Shown: positions 9,206 to 18,636 of the stretch, in pieces
Position numbering within the stretch: position 1 is the stretch's first letter
Layout of the letters: each line of letters starts with the position of its first letter
Source: Candidatus Amesbacteria bacterium
GTDB taxonomy: Bacteria > Patescibacteriota > Microgenomatia > CAZETR01 > Amesbacteraceae
Assembly: GCA_027371535.1 (NCBI GenBank)
Contig: DAHXMV010000001.1
Coordinates: 96,879-160,878 of the forward strand
Direction: 5' to 3'
Length of the DNA stretch: 64,000 bases
The notes under the pieces: generated by a model
Databases searched by the model: none
Seen by the model: only the letters and a program-made list of their open reading frames with translations
Told to the model about the DNA's origin: nothing
Made by a program: the position numbers and the translations under genes

Positions 9206-10339
9206 TCAGGCTACCCAATAACCAAACGCAAACAGGGAAAGATAAATAAAGAAAGCCATACCGGACAGACTGAATAACAGATACCTGAGACGGGGAAATC
9301 CGGCCGCAAAATCCCCCAATACGATAAACAACGGAAAGCACACCAGCACATAACGGGGCAGGGAAACAAAATTACCGGTAAGGGTGGGTAAAAATAAGGC
9401 AAAAAGACTGAAAACAGAATATGAAAGCCGCTGTCTGAACAGAGAAAAAACAGTCAGAGTGATGAAAACGATACCGACGATGAATTCCAACCAGATGGTT
9501 AAATAAAGAAAATCATTTGTCGATACGGTCGTAATCATTTTCAGATAACGCCAGATAACCTGATAGGGTAAAACTATACGCAGACTGCGGGATTGATTAA
9601 AAGCCGTCTGAACGTGATAAAAAGCCAGGGCGTCACCGGTGGTTTTATAAAGATAAAACATGTATATTCCCAAAGACAGCGGGATTAAAAGCAAAGGCAG
9701 CAACCGGGTCAAAATCCGGCCGAAAGTAAGGTTTTGCATACCCGATTGCCAGAAATATTCGATAATCAAAGCCGGGAAGAGAAACACGCCGACCAATCTG
9801 GTATAGGCAGCCAGGGCCCCGAATATGCCTGCCAGCAGCCATTTCCCCCGTCTGGCCGTGTAGAAGGACAGCACGATCCATAACAAACAAAGCCCTTCCG
9901 TATACACCGAGGAGAAAAAAAAGCTGGTGGGAAAAAATAACAACAGCAGTACCGTCCATCGTGAGACCTGCCGGGGATAATCCATCTCTATTAATCTGAC
10001 CAGAAAAATCAGGGCCAGGAAAAAAGAAAAAGAGGAAATAACCACGCCGATTAAAACCGGTGATCTGACATATGTGAAGACCCAACTGATAAGCTTGGGG
10101 TACAAAGGGAAAAATGCCTGCTGTCCGAAATTGTATCCATGAGTGGCGATCAATATAAAATGCACGCCGTCAAAATTTGAGCGGAAGTTTAAGAGCGGGT
10201 CCCGGTGATATTCTGTTACCCCCCCGCCCAAATAGGTGCCGCTTTCCCTGACCGGTAAAAACCCGGAAGCAATGATGACTACGGCGAGGATCAGGACCTG
10301 CCAGATAAGATAATATTTCAGAATAGCTTTAAATGTCAT
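9206..10339 (-). CDS. PIG-V/Gpi18-like (GT76-like) integral membrane mannosyltransferase candidate
   Basis: 377 aa polytopic protein. 'DGVHFILIATHGYNFGQQAFFPLYP' resembles the conserved 'D..HF..IA..GY...AFFP' loop of the PIG-V mannosyltransferase family. Confidence 0.45.
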   Translation of the reverse strand: MTFKAILKYYLIWQVLILAVVIIASGFLPVRESGTYLGGGVTEYHRDPLLNFRSNFDGVHFILIATHGYNFGQQAFFPLYPKLISWVFTYVRSPVLIGVVISSFSFFLALIFLVRLIEMDYPRQVSRWTVLLLLFFPTSFFFSSVYTEGLCLLWIVLSFYTARRGKWLLAGIFGALAAYTRLVGVFLFPALIIEYFWQSGMQNLTFGRILTRLLPLLLIPLSLGIYMFYLYKTTGDALAFYHVQTAFNQSRSLRIVLPYQVIWRYLKMITTVSTNDFLYLTIWLEFIVGIVFITLTVFSLFRQRLSYSVFSLFALFLPTLTGNFVSLPRYVLVCFPLFIVLGDFAAGFPRLRYLLFSLSGMAFFIYLSLFAFGYWVA

Positions 10340-11400
10340 ATGGACTTGTTTAATACCGAACGATAGACGGACAACATTTCCCCGGCAACCCGGTCCCAGG
10401 AAAATAACAGGGCTTGGGCCGGTCCTGCAGCGGACATTCCGGAACGCAAAGTCTTATCAAAAAAAACGGACTTTAATTTGGCGGTGAAATCCATTTGATT
10501 ATAAGGGTCAAAGTAAACAGCACTAAGTCCGGCAATTTCTGGCAGTGATGAAGCCCGGCTGCAAATAACCGGGGTACCGCACGATAAAGCCTCCAATACC
10601 GGAAATCCAAAACCTTCCCGGAATGAAGGCTGACAGTAAACAGTAGCCAATTGATAAACGGAGACCAGTTCCGCATCCGGGACAAAACCCAATCTGATAA
10701 ATTGGGATTTTTGATTTACGATGTACGATTTAAGATTTTCCAGGTGCCTGAGTTCGGGGTGACGGGAATCCAGGGTTTCAATCTCCAAAGCGGATTTGCC
10801 GGCCAGAACCAAAGGTATTTTCAATTCCTGACAGGCCCGGAATAAACCCGGCAGATTTTTATTCCAGTTAATGTCGCCGACATAAAGCACAAATTCGGGC
10901 GGTAAATGATATTTGCTCCTGACAATTTTCAATTCGGCCGGATTTTTTTTACGGGTATATACCGGGTCGGCAGCCAAATATACCAATTTGATTTTGGCAT
11001 CGGGTATCTGCAGGTATCTTTTTATACCTTTTACAGAGGCGTAGGAATCCGTTACCACTACAGAAGCTGATCTTAACGCGATTTTTTGCCATAAAAAATT
11101 CAGGCTACCACGCAGCCCGGGGCGGTAAATATCGGGAAATTCCAGGGGGATGACATCGTGGACGGTGACGACCGCGGGGAGTGATTTGAAAAAGGGCAAA
11201 CCGGGTTTAAACAGATCAAAATAGGGATAGTGGACCAAATCCAGCCCGGAAAAATTTCCCGGACCGACCTCCAGAATTTGGAAATCACTTTGTAACGCAG
11301 CCCGCGTTAAAGCGGCTACCAGATTGCGGGTATAAAACCCCACCCCGCGCACCCCATGAGCCTGGCTTAAGTTCCGGGTGACGATGCCGACCTTATTCAT
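10336..11400 (-). CDS. GT4 family glycosyltransferase
   Basis: 'REGFGFPVLEALSCGTPVICSRASSLPEIAG' GT-B signature. Start placed at the Met of 'MNKVGIVTRNL...' (rc ATG at 11398-11400). This gives an 8-nt overlap with the upstream GT2 stop instead of a 120-nt overlap. Confidence 0.8.
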   Translation of the reverse strand: MNKVGIVTRNLSQAHGVRGVGFYTRNLVAALTRAALQSDFQILEVGPGNFSGLDLVHYPYFDLFKPGLPFFKSLPAVVTVHDVIPLEFPDIYRPGLRGSLNFLWQKIALRSASVVVTDSYASVKGIKRYLQIPDAKIKLVYLAADPVYTRKKNPAELKIVRSKYHLPPEFVLYVGDINWNKNLPGLFRACQELKIPLVLAGKSALEIETLDSRHPELRHLENLKSYIVNQKSQFIRLGFVPDAELVSVYQLATVYCQPSFREGFGFPVLEALSCGTPVICSRASSLPEIAGLSAVYFDPYNQMDFTAKLKSVFFDKTLRSGMSAAGPAQALLFSWDRVAGEMLSVYRSVLNKSI

Positions 11401-12178
11401 CCGGGTACCTGGAGATCTGCCAGTATTTAATGTAGGAAATACCCCAGCGTAAACCGGAAAACAGGGCAAATACAAAACCCGGAAAGCCGTCCGCGTAGCC
11501 CCTGTGCCTGACATAAATACTGAAAAATTCGCTGAAGGGTTTGATAAACAGATAGTCTACCGCCTGCCATGAGCCGACAGGAATATTTTCAGTCCGTAAC
11601 TGATCGGCAATCAGCGAGGTGTAACGCTGATAACGGAGTAAATAATTTTCAAAGTCGGGCGTATTATAATGCAGCAGGTTATTTTTCAGATACTCCGTGG
11701 GGCCATTTACCTCTGCCTGTTCATGAACGTCTTTGGCCGGCAGCCGGCCCAAGCCCCGTTTATAAAGCCTAAGGGTAAGATCCGGGTATTGTCCGCCTTT
11801 GGTTAAAGGTGAACCCAAAAAATAATTTAACCGGGGAATCCAGTAACCGGCTAATTGCCCAGGTTGGCTGATAACCCCGGCAATTTCCTCAGCCAGCGGA
11901 GGTGAAACCACCTCATCGGCATCCAATTGCAATATCCAGTCCCCGCCGGCCGCATCTATCGCCATATTTTTATTGATATGGAAGTTCGGTTTATTGTCAG
12001 CGGAGTAGACCTGAGCGTGGTATTGGCGGGCAATATCGACAGTTTTATCAGTTGATTTACCGTCCACGACAATAATTTCGTCCGCCAGGCGGCTGACAGA
12101 TTCCAGACAGCGGGCCAGATTTCTTTCCTCATTGTATGTGGCTAAAACAACCGAGAGGAGAATTTTTTTATCAGCCAT
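11393..12178 (-). CDS. GT2 family glycosyltransferase (WaaE/KdtX-like small GT2)
   Basis: 'ILLSVVLATYNEERNLARCLESV...IIVVDGKSTDKT...QLDADEV'. Start at 'MADKK' (rc ATG at 12176-12178). Confidence 0.8.
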   Translation of the reverse strand: MADKKILLSVVLATYNEERNLARCLESVSRLADEIIVVDGKSTDKTVDIARQYHAQVYSADNKPNFHINKNMAIDAAGGDWILQLDADEVVSPPLAEEIAGVISQPGQLAGYWIPRLNYFLGSPLTKGGQYPDLTLRLYKRGLGRLPAKDVHEQAEVNGPTEYLKNNLLHYNTPDFENYLLRYQRYTSLIADQLRTENIPVGSWQAVDYLFIKPFSEFFSIYVRHRGYADGFPGFVFALFSGLRWGISYIKYWQISRYPDE

Positions 12179-12182
12179 AAAT

Positions 12183-13802
12183 TCAGTTGGAAATAATTTT
12201 AAAAGCCGGACTGCCACCCGGAAAATAAATAGTTTTGACGATATTGACACCGACAGACGGGATATCCTCCGGGGCCGCGACGATCAGGGTACCATGAATA
12301 TCCCGTACCAGGTTCCAGTTTGTGTCCGTGAACCGGTATTTGTCAAATTGCTTCACCGTAGAGAAATTATACCGGTCACGCAAAGTTAATTCATGATGAC
12401 CCTGGAATTTTTGGGGCGGATATTTTAAATAAAATAAAAACAAAATATAGGGCTGGTCATATTTATCGGTCACTAAAATCCGGTGATACCTGTCCTGGTT
12501 TCGAGCCACATAGGCTACCATTTCCTTAAACCCGTATTCCCAGGCTGAAGGATAAGTTTGGGGATAATGAACATAATATTCATGAAGGTAACGGGTAAAC
12601 TGATACGTATAAATCCCCAGCACCAAAATACATATTACAGACAATTTCCAATCTGAAAACAAACCCAAAAAATAAGACAGACCGGCGGCGGTAATAATGG
12701 TCAGGGGAATAACCATATTCTGGGCTCTTAAAGCGTGGGGGACCTGGAAAGTCATGGCGGCAGCCACGGGAGCCACCAGAAGCCATAACCAGACAATTTT
12801 TAATTTCGAATTTTTAATTTTTAATAAATAAAATAACCCGAAGAGCAAAAAAACAAAATCTGTCCAGTAGAGAAGACCCGTTTCCGGCACCCGGTTGCGC
12901 TGGATGGCATCGCCGCCGATAAACAGGAAATTTCCGTCAAAATGGGAAAGGTAGTTTTTAATAAACTGAATGGTATAGAAGACAGGCCGGTTGAAAAGCA
13001 TTTTTTCAAGCACCGCCCCCGGTCCGTGATATTGGCCGCGCAGCTCATTAACCAGATTCAGCGGACCCATATCGGCCAACAGACCGACACCGGAAAGACG
13101 CGAGGCGGTATCTTTATTAAAAACCGAAAAAAGGAGCGGCAGAGAAATCAAAAACATCAGAGGAAGCGCTGCCATACAGGTTTTTGCATGGGAAAAAACA
13201 TATTTATAACTGATAATTAACAGGCCGAATAACAACAACGGGGAGATGACTCTGGCAGACTGATATGTGTACATCGACAAAATCAAATTTAAAAGAAAGA
13301 AGGTAAAATTAATAAAAGTGGGTGTTTTTCGCCACTTGAGGAAAAAAATTACTCCCAGAAGTATCAGAGCAGTAGATACATTGACTTCCCAGGCACCCCG
13401 GGAAAAGTGAAGATGCCAGGGGGAGATAGCCAGGAGTACGGAGCTGACGGCAGAGAGTTTGTAGTTATAAGTTATCAGTAAGACAAAAACAAAAATTAAA
13501 AATACCGAAAGAACACCAAAGAGAGCTGACGGAAGACGGACAGCAAATTCATTCAAGCCCAGGAATTTAACGACCGGAACCAAAAGGTAAGAATAAAGAG
13601 CCGGTTTATAGTCACCGAAAGATTCCAGGTTAACCGGCAGCAGATGACCATCTTCGTCCTTACCGGTATTTAAAAGCGAATAGGCGTTATAACCCAGAGC
13701 CGCCTCATCGGCGTTTAAGCCTGAAGGGAAATCGGAAACGGCATAAAATCGCAGAACAGCTGCAAAAATTATTATCAGGATTATTAACAGATATTTTTTC
13801 AT
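12183..13802 (-). CDS. GT39/PMT-like GT-C membrane glycosyltransferase (family A paralog 1)
   Basis: 539 aa. TM1 then a loop reading 'NADEAALGYNAYSLLNTGKDEDGHLLP...FGDYKPALYSYL', comparable to the PMT 'DE' loop-1 motif. At least 10 further TMs. Confidence 0.7.
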   Translation of the reverse strand: MKKYLLIILIIIFAAVLRFYAVSDFPSGLNADEAALGYNAYSLLNTGKDEDGHLLPVNLESFGDYKPALYSYLLVPVVKFLGLNEFAVRLPSALFGVLSVFLIFVFVLLITYNYKLSAVSSVLLAISPWHLHFSRGAWEVNVSTALILLGVIFFLKWRKTPTFINFTFFLLNLILSMYTYQSARVISPLLLFGLLIISYKYVFSHAKTCMAALPLMFLISLPLLFSVFNKDTASRLSGVGLLADMGPLNLVNELRGQYHGPGAVLEKMLFNRPVFYTIQFIKNYLSHFDGNFLFIGGDAIQRNRVPETGLLYWTDFVFLLFGLFYLLKIKNSKLKIVWLWLLVAPVAAAMTFQVPHALRAQNMVIPLTIITAAGLSYFLGLFSDWKLSVICILVLGIYTYQFTRYLHEYYVHYPQTYPSAWEYGFKEMVAYVARNQDRYHRILVTDKYDQPYILFLFYLKYPPQKFQGHHELTLRDRYNFSTVKQFDKYRFTDTNWNLVRDIHGTLIVAAPEDIPSVGVNIVKTIYFPGGSPAFKIISN

Positions 13803-15436
13803 TTGAGAGCGACTGCTGTTAAAGCCGGCTGGCCGTCAGGATATTTAATGTCTCCCAGGTGCAATAGTCCGGCAAACCGGGTATCTTTGTCCGGCAGCTC
13901 ATACTGATCACCGATAAAAATCGTGTCTTTCTGGCCTCTCAGAGACGGCCAGAAAACAGGCATAAACCTGAATTGGGAAAAACCTGAAACCTGTCCCACG
14001 TCGCCATTGGGTCCGGCAATCAACCTGGCCTGTTTCTGATACCCGGCCGGGTTGATTTTGAGATAAAAAAGGAAAAAGATATAAGGCTGACCCAGCTTGT
14101 CAGTCATAACCACATGGTGATATTCAGAGAGATATGGTTTAATTAATTGAATCACGGGTTTGTAAGCCGAAACCCATTCCCGACTTGAGTAATAAGAGTT
14201 GTGAAGGTAATACATATCCAGATAAAGGACCAGAAATAATCCGACTAACAGTACATATGCCCCGGCCAAAAATTTGCGGTTTAGCAGACGGGAAATTCCA
14301 ATTCCGATAAAGATAGTGAGCGGAATTAGCATCGGTAAAGACCTGACTCCAGACACCAAATCCCGGGAAAAGGCAGACGGAACAGGAGCCAGGAACAACC
14401 AGGAAAGCAAAAAAACCGTGCTGCGGTTTAATTTCCTCAAAATATAAATTATTCCCATAAGCAAAGTGACCAGTTCAGGATAATAAAAATAACCCTGATT
14501 ATATTCAGCCAGACGCAAACTGGTCCAATCACCCTGAATAAATAAGAACCGGGGTGAAAAATGATTTAAATATCTCTGATAGACCCCTATCAGCTGATTA
14601 AGCAGTTCCGAATGAAAAAGAAAGTATGTCCAGTCTTTTGAGGCAGTGTGATCCTGGGCCAAAAGCCGGCTGACGTAATCGCCCCCCCGGGTGTAACTGA
14701 AAACACTGAAGACTTTTAACCGGCCGGACTGGGAAGCAAATCCCCAAATTATAGGTAAAAGGAATAAAGCTGAAACAAGCAAAGGGGTGATGATGCGGGT
14801 CAGTTTCAAATTACGGCGAAATATTAAAAGCAGGCTGAAAACAATTAATGGGGTAAATAATTTAGCACCCTGATAAGACCAGAAAGTCAGACCGAAAAAC
14901 AGAAAAGCCAATAGATAATGCCATCTGGATGCTGATTTATGTGCACGGATAAACAGGACTGCACCTAAAACGGTTAAAAACAGCGACAGGTTGGCCTCCC
15001 AGGCCCCCCGGGAAAAATGGATAGCCCAGGGATTTAAAGAAAGAACCAGGGTAGAAAGCAGCGCAGAAGAGGGATTTTCAGGATATAAATACCGCACCAG
15101 AAGAAAAATCAAAACGATCATTATCGTGCCGAAAAGAGCCGAAGGCAGCCGGGTGGAAAATTCGTTTAAATCCAAAAATTTTACCGAAGGGACGGTAAAA
15201 TAAATATATAAACCCGGTTTATAATCCCCAAACGATTTAAAGACAACCGGAGCCAACTGCCCGTATTCGTCCCTGCCCGTTCTTAACAGCGAATAGGCAT
15301 TGTAGCCGAGAGCCGCTTCATCCCAGGTAAATCCGGCAGGACGGATATTTAAGCCCACAACGCGCAATATCAGGCCTATAAAGATAATCAGTCCCAGTAA
15401 AACAAAATTCTTTTTCATATCAAATCTGTTTAACAA
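13799..15436 (-). CDS. GT39/PMT-like GT-C glycosyltransferase (family A paralog 2)
   Basis: 545 aa. 'WDEAALGYNAYSLLRTGRDEYGQLAPV...GDYKPGLYIYFTVP'. Tandem to paralog 1, about 60% identical across the conserved loop. Confidence 0.7.
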   Translation of the reverse strand: MLNRFDMKKNFVLLGLIIFIGLILRVVGLNIRPAGFTWDEAALGYNAYSLLRTGRDEYGQLAPVVFKSFGDYKPGLYIYFTVPSVKFLDLNEFSTRLPSALFGTIMIVLIFLLVRYLYPENPSSALLSTLVLSLNPWAIHFSRGAWEANLSLFLTVLGAVLFIRAHKSASRWHYLLAFLFFGLTFWSYQGAKLFTPLIVFSLLLIFRRNLKLTRIITPLLVSALFLLPIIWGFASQSGRLKVFSVFSYTRGGDYVSRLLAQDHTASKDWTYFLFHSELLNQLIGVYQRYLNHFSPRFLFIQGDWTSLRLAEYNQGYFYYPELVTLLMGIIYILRKLNRSTVFLLSWLFLAPVPSAFSRDLVSGVRSLPMLIPLTIFIGIGISRLLNRKFLAGAYVLLVGLFLVLYLDMYYLHNSYYSSREWVSAYKPVIQLIKPYLSEYHHVVMTDKLGQPYIFFLFYLKINPAGYQKQARLIAGPNGDVGQVSGFSQFRFMPVFWPSLRGQKDTIFIGDQYELPDKDTRFAGLLHLGDIKYPDGQPALTAVALK

Positions 15437-17006
15437 AAAGGGCGGGAGAACGGTCTAAAAAGTTTATCCGGTATAAAAGCCCCCCGTTTTTTATCTGATG
15501 ATCCGGACTGGTAACCACAATGGCGTGAATCCCCGGATCCCGCTTACTAACTATATCCGGCAACTCCCAATCGTTAACAAAACGGAATTTGGAAAAAGCA
15601 TCCACCCAGAACCAGTCATCGTGAAAGTTCCAGGCAAGACTTGCTGTGGTCTGATAATAACGGGGGTCGATACGCAGATACCAGAGGAAATATTCGTGCG
15701 GTTCACCGTACCTTTTAGTGACTATAATCCGGTCATATCTGTTTGAAATTGTGTTCAGATAAGAAGTCAGCTGTTGATAACCGTATTGCCAGCTGGCAGA
15801 GTATTTAACCGGATAATTGCTTAAAAAATCCGAGAAATAGAACCACACAAACAGACAGTAAACCCCGATAAAAAGCCCGCCCAAAACAAGATGAAATTTT
15901 TGCTGAAGACGTTTCCAGAAGTACCAGAAACCATAGACAGTGATTAAAAATACCACAGGCAGCATAGCGGTGGACCTGATGACAGCAAACTCGTCCCTGG
16001 TAACCGCAGCCGGAAGAGGCGAAAGCAGGATCCAACTTAAAAGAAAATATTTACGTTTTTTGAATAAAAGGTATAAACCAAAATAAAAGAAGGGCAAATC
16101 GGCCCAATTCATGACCCCGAATCCGGGTATGCTGTACTGATACTGAGTACCTCCGGATATAAATAAAAATGCCGGAGAAAAATATTGGAAATAATGCCGG
16201 ACGGCGGTGGTCATAAAATACACCGGCCGGTTTACCAGCAACCTGGTGAGTAATAACGGCAAAGGGCTATGGTTTCTTAATTGCTCCAAATAGGCTATGG
16301 CACCGGAATCCAATATCCCAACCCAGGAACTCCGGGCCCGGGTCTGGGGTAAAATGAGGATTCCCAATCCGAATATAATTACTGACAATGAGGCCAGAAA
16401 GACCCTGGTATTTTTAATAAATTTGGGGAGCAAAAAAATTAAAAACAGGGGAATAAATATCCGGGTGTTGTGATATGCAAACAAACTTAATCCCCAGATA
16501 ACCACCGCCCAAAAAGGCCTTTTAGCAAAATAAAGCGCCAGGCCCAAAGTAAGCAGCAGAACCGCCAGGTTTGATTGGAAGACCGCCCGGGAAGGAAAAA
16601 AAGTCCAGGGCTCAAAGGCAATAAACAAGCATAACAACAAAGCCGGAGCGGGCTTTTTGAAATAATAAAAACCGGCTAAAAAACCCAAAAGACAGGTTAA
16701 CACCCCTACCAAAGCCGGTACCATACGGACCGAATAATCTGTGGGGCCAAAAAGAAAAATCGGAACGACCGTCAGATAGGTATCCAGAACTGCCGGATAA
16801 TCCCCATAAGCGCGATAATTTAAAACCGGAAAAGGCACCCCCCACTGATCCCTACCGGTTTTTAACAGGGAATAAGCATTATAAGCATGGCTGACTTCGT
16901 CCCAATTTAAAGCAGGAGGCAAATCCACCAGCCGGTAAAACCGGATAAAGGCAGCGGAAAATAAAATTAATACCAGAATCAGCCAATACGTCTTTTTAGC
17001 AAACAT
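15420..17006 (-). CDS. GT39/PMT-like GT-C glycosyltransferase (family A paralog 3)
   Basis: 528 aa. 'WDEVSHAYNAYSLLKTGRDQWGVPFPV...YGDYPAVLDTYL'. Confidence 0.7.
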   Translation of the reverse strand: MFAKKTYWLILVLILFSAAFIRFYRLVDLPPALNWDEVSHAYNAYSLLKTGRDQWGVPFPVLNYRAYGDYPAVLDTYLTVVPIFLFGPTDYSVRMVPALVGVLTCLLGFLAGFYYFKKPAPALLLCLFIAFEPWTFFPSRAVFQSNLAVLLLTLGLALYFAKRPFWAVVIWGLSLFAYHNTRIFIPLFLIFLLPKFIKNTRVFLASLSVIIFGLGILILPQTRARSSWVGILDSGAIAYLEQLRNHSPLPLLLTRLLVNRPVYFMTTAVRHYFQYFSPAFLFISGGTQYQYSIPGFGVMNWADLPFFYFGLYLLFKKRKYFLLSWILLSPLPAAVTRDEFAVIRSTAMLPVVFLITVYGFWYFWKRLQQKFHLVLGGLFIGVYCLFVWFYFSDFLSNYPVKYSASWQYGYQQLTSYLNTISNRYDRIIVTKRYGEPHEYFLWYLRIDPRYYQTTASLAWNFHDDWFWVDAFSKFRFVNDWELPDIVSKRDPGIHAIVVTSPDHQIKNGGLLYRINFLDRSPALFVKQI

Positions 17007-18634
17007 AAGGGTGATAATAATAAACTAAACAGGCTAATATAATTACCAAGGCTTCTGGGCCAGGTATCAGAAAATACGGCGTAGATCTGATGGAACCCGG
17101 GGTCAAGCAAACGGAAACTAGTCAAACCGAGCAATCCCGAAGGTGAGGAGGCAACTGACCGGCCATCCACCAGCACATGCCAACCAGGAAAATAGGTAAT
17201 GGGCAAACTGACAACCGCCGGCGCCCGGGAAACATCGAGAAGATAATCAGCTGAAGAAGATTTCTTGACTGCTGAGACAGTCAGTCCGTCACCTGAGATA
17301 AACCGGGCGGAAACAGGGGCAAAATCCGCCGGCGGCTGGGGAGCTGACCGCGGCCAAAAATCGGTTAATGAAGAACTGCGGCCTTCATCCCACAACGGGC
17401 CGGAATACTGCTCTTTGTCCGTGATGTTTCTCCAGATATCCGGGCGGAAAAAATTGTAATTAATCAGAATTACCAATAAAATCAATAACACAGGCCACAA
17501 GCGGATGCCGGGCCAGTTAAAAAAACTGACGGCGTAGCCGGATGCCAGGGATAAAAAGAAGAGGGCCGGCCCTAAAAATCTCCAGGGAAACTGAATGTAT
17601 TTCATTAACGGGACCAGGTTCCAAATGACGGAAGACTTACCATGGGTGAGAAACAGAGCCGCCACTCCCAGAAGACAAAAAGTTAAGAAAGAAAAATTGT
17701 GTTTCTTCAGAATGAAACCAAGACAGATAATCACCAGGGGCAGGATCCAGTGCAGCTGGCCGATGGAGATACTGAGGAATTTTTTAGCCCATAACGAGGC
17801 CCCATATCCCCAGAAGCGGGAAATAAATAATTCGTTGAGAGTGGCGAAATGAATATGAAAATCATAATAGCCACTTACGGTACTACCCAGATCGATAAAT
17901 TTATTTTCAGCCAATACCGGCAGTAAATAGTAAGCGGATAAGCCCAAAGCTATAATTCCAACCAGTACTAATCCGGGAACGCCGGAAAAGTCGTGTCTAT
18001 GGACAGCACCGATCAGCCAGTACAAACCCAGAAAAGGTAAAAACATAAATACGGATAAATTATGGGTGGTAATTAAAAGCGCCAGGGACATAGCTAAAAG
18101 AAGCAAATAGCGTGAGGAATGTTTTTCCAAATAAAGATCCAGAAAATAAATCAGCAAAGGATATAAAACAAAAGACAGAGCCTCGGGTAACGCCCCCCTG
18201 ACCCAAACATCCACCGAGCGATAGGGGGCATAAAGGTAGAAAACCGCCGAGACCAAGCCGCCTTTATTTCCCCAGTATTTTCTGGCCAGGAGAAACATGG
18301 TGAAACCGGAAAGCAGCAGGGATAAACCGTAGACAATTTTGGCGGAATCCAAAAGCGACAGACCGGTAAAATGGACAAGTTCAGTCAGCCAGTAGGGAAA
18401 TTGGGCATAATAGTTGAACAAGGGTTCACCATAACCTTTTCCGGAATCGGCTGCCCACCGGCAGGGAAAAACACGGTCCTTTATACACTGATCAAACTCC
18501 TTCATTCTGAAGAGGTGAGGGTCGTGCATGGTAAAGATTCCCGACCTGACCATCAGAGAAAAAGTCGGCAGGGCCAATACCACCAAAACCGCCAAAAAAC
18601 GCAGAGTTTTCATCCTAAGGTCCATTATACTCAA
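16979..18634 (-). CDS. YfhO-like polytopic membrane protein (family B GT-C candidate)
   Basis: 551 aa. N-terminal motif 'MHDPHLFRMKEFDQCIKDRVFPCRWAADSGKGYGEPLFNYY' is shared with the proteins at 50782-52419 and 59829-61535. It resembles the YfhO-family 'HD..FHL.R...G.FP....GYG...FY' opening. Confidence 0.45.
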   Translation of the reverse strand: MSIMDLRMKTLRFLAVLVVLALPTFSLMVRSGIFTMHDPHLFRMKEFDQCIKDRVFPCRWAADSGKGYGEPLFNYYAQFPYWLTELVHFTGLSLLDSAKIVYGLSLLLSGFTMFLLARKYWGNKGGLVSAVFYLYAPYRSVDVWVRGALPEALSFVLYPLLIYFLDLYLEKHSSRYLLLLAMSLALLITTHNLSVFMFLPFLGLYWLIGAVHRHDFSGVPGLVLVGIIALGLSAYYLLPVLAENKFIDLGSTVSGYYDFHIHFATLNELFISRFWGYGASLWAKKFLSISIGQLHWILPLVIICLGFILKKHNFSFLTFCLLGVAALFLTHGKSSVIWNLVPLMKYIQFPWRFLGPALFFLSLASGYAVSFFNWPGIRLWPVLLILLVILINYNFFRPDIWRNITDKEQYSGPLWDEGRSSSLTDFWPRSAPQPPADFAPVSARFISGDGLTVSAVKKSSSADYLLDVSRAPAVVSLPITYFPGWHVLVDGRSVASSPSGLLGLTSFRLLDPGFHQIYAVFSDTWPRSLGNYISLFSLLLSPLCLLKRRIG

Positions 18635-18636
18635 AG

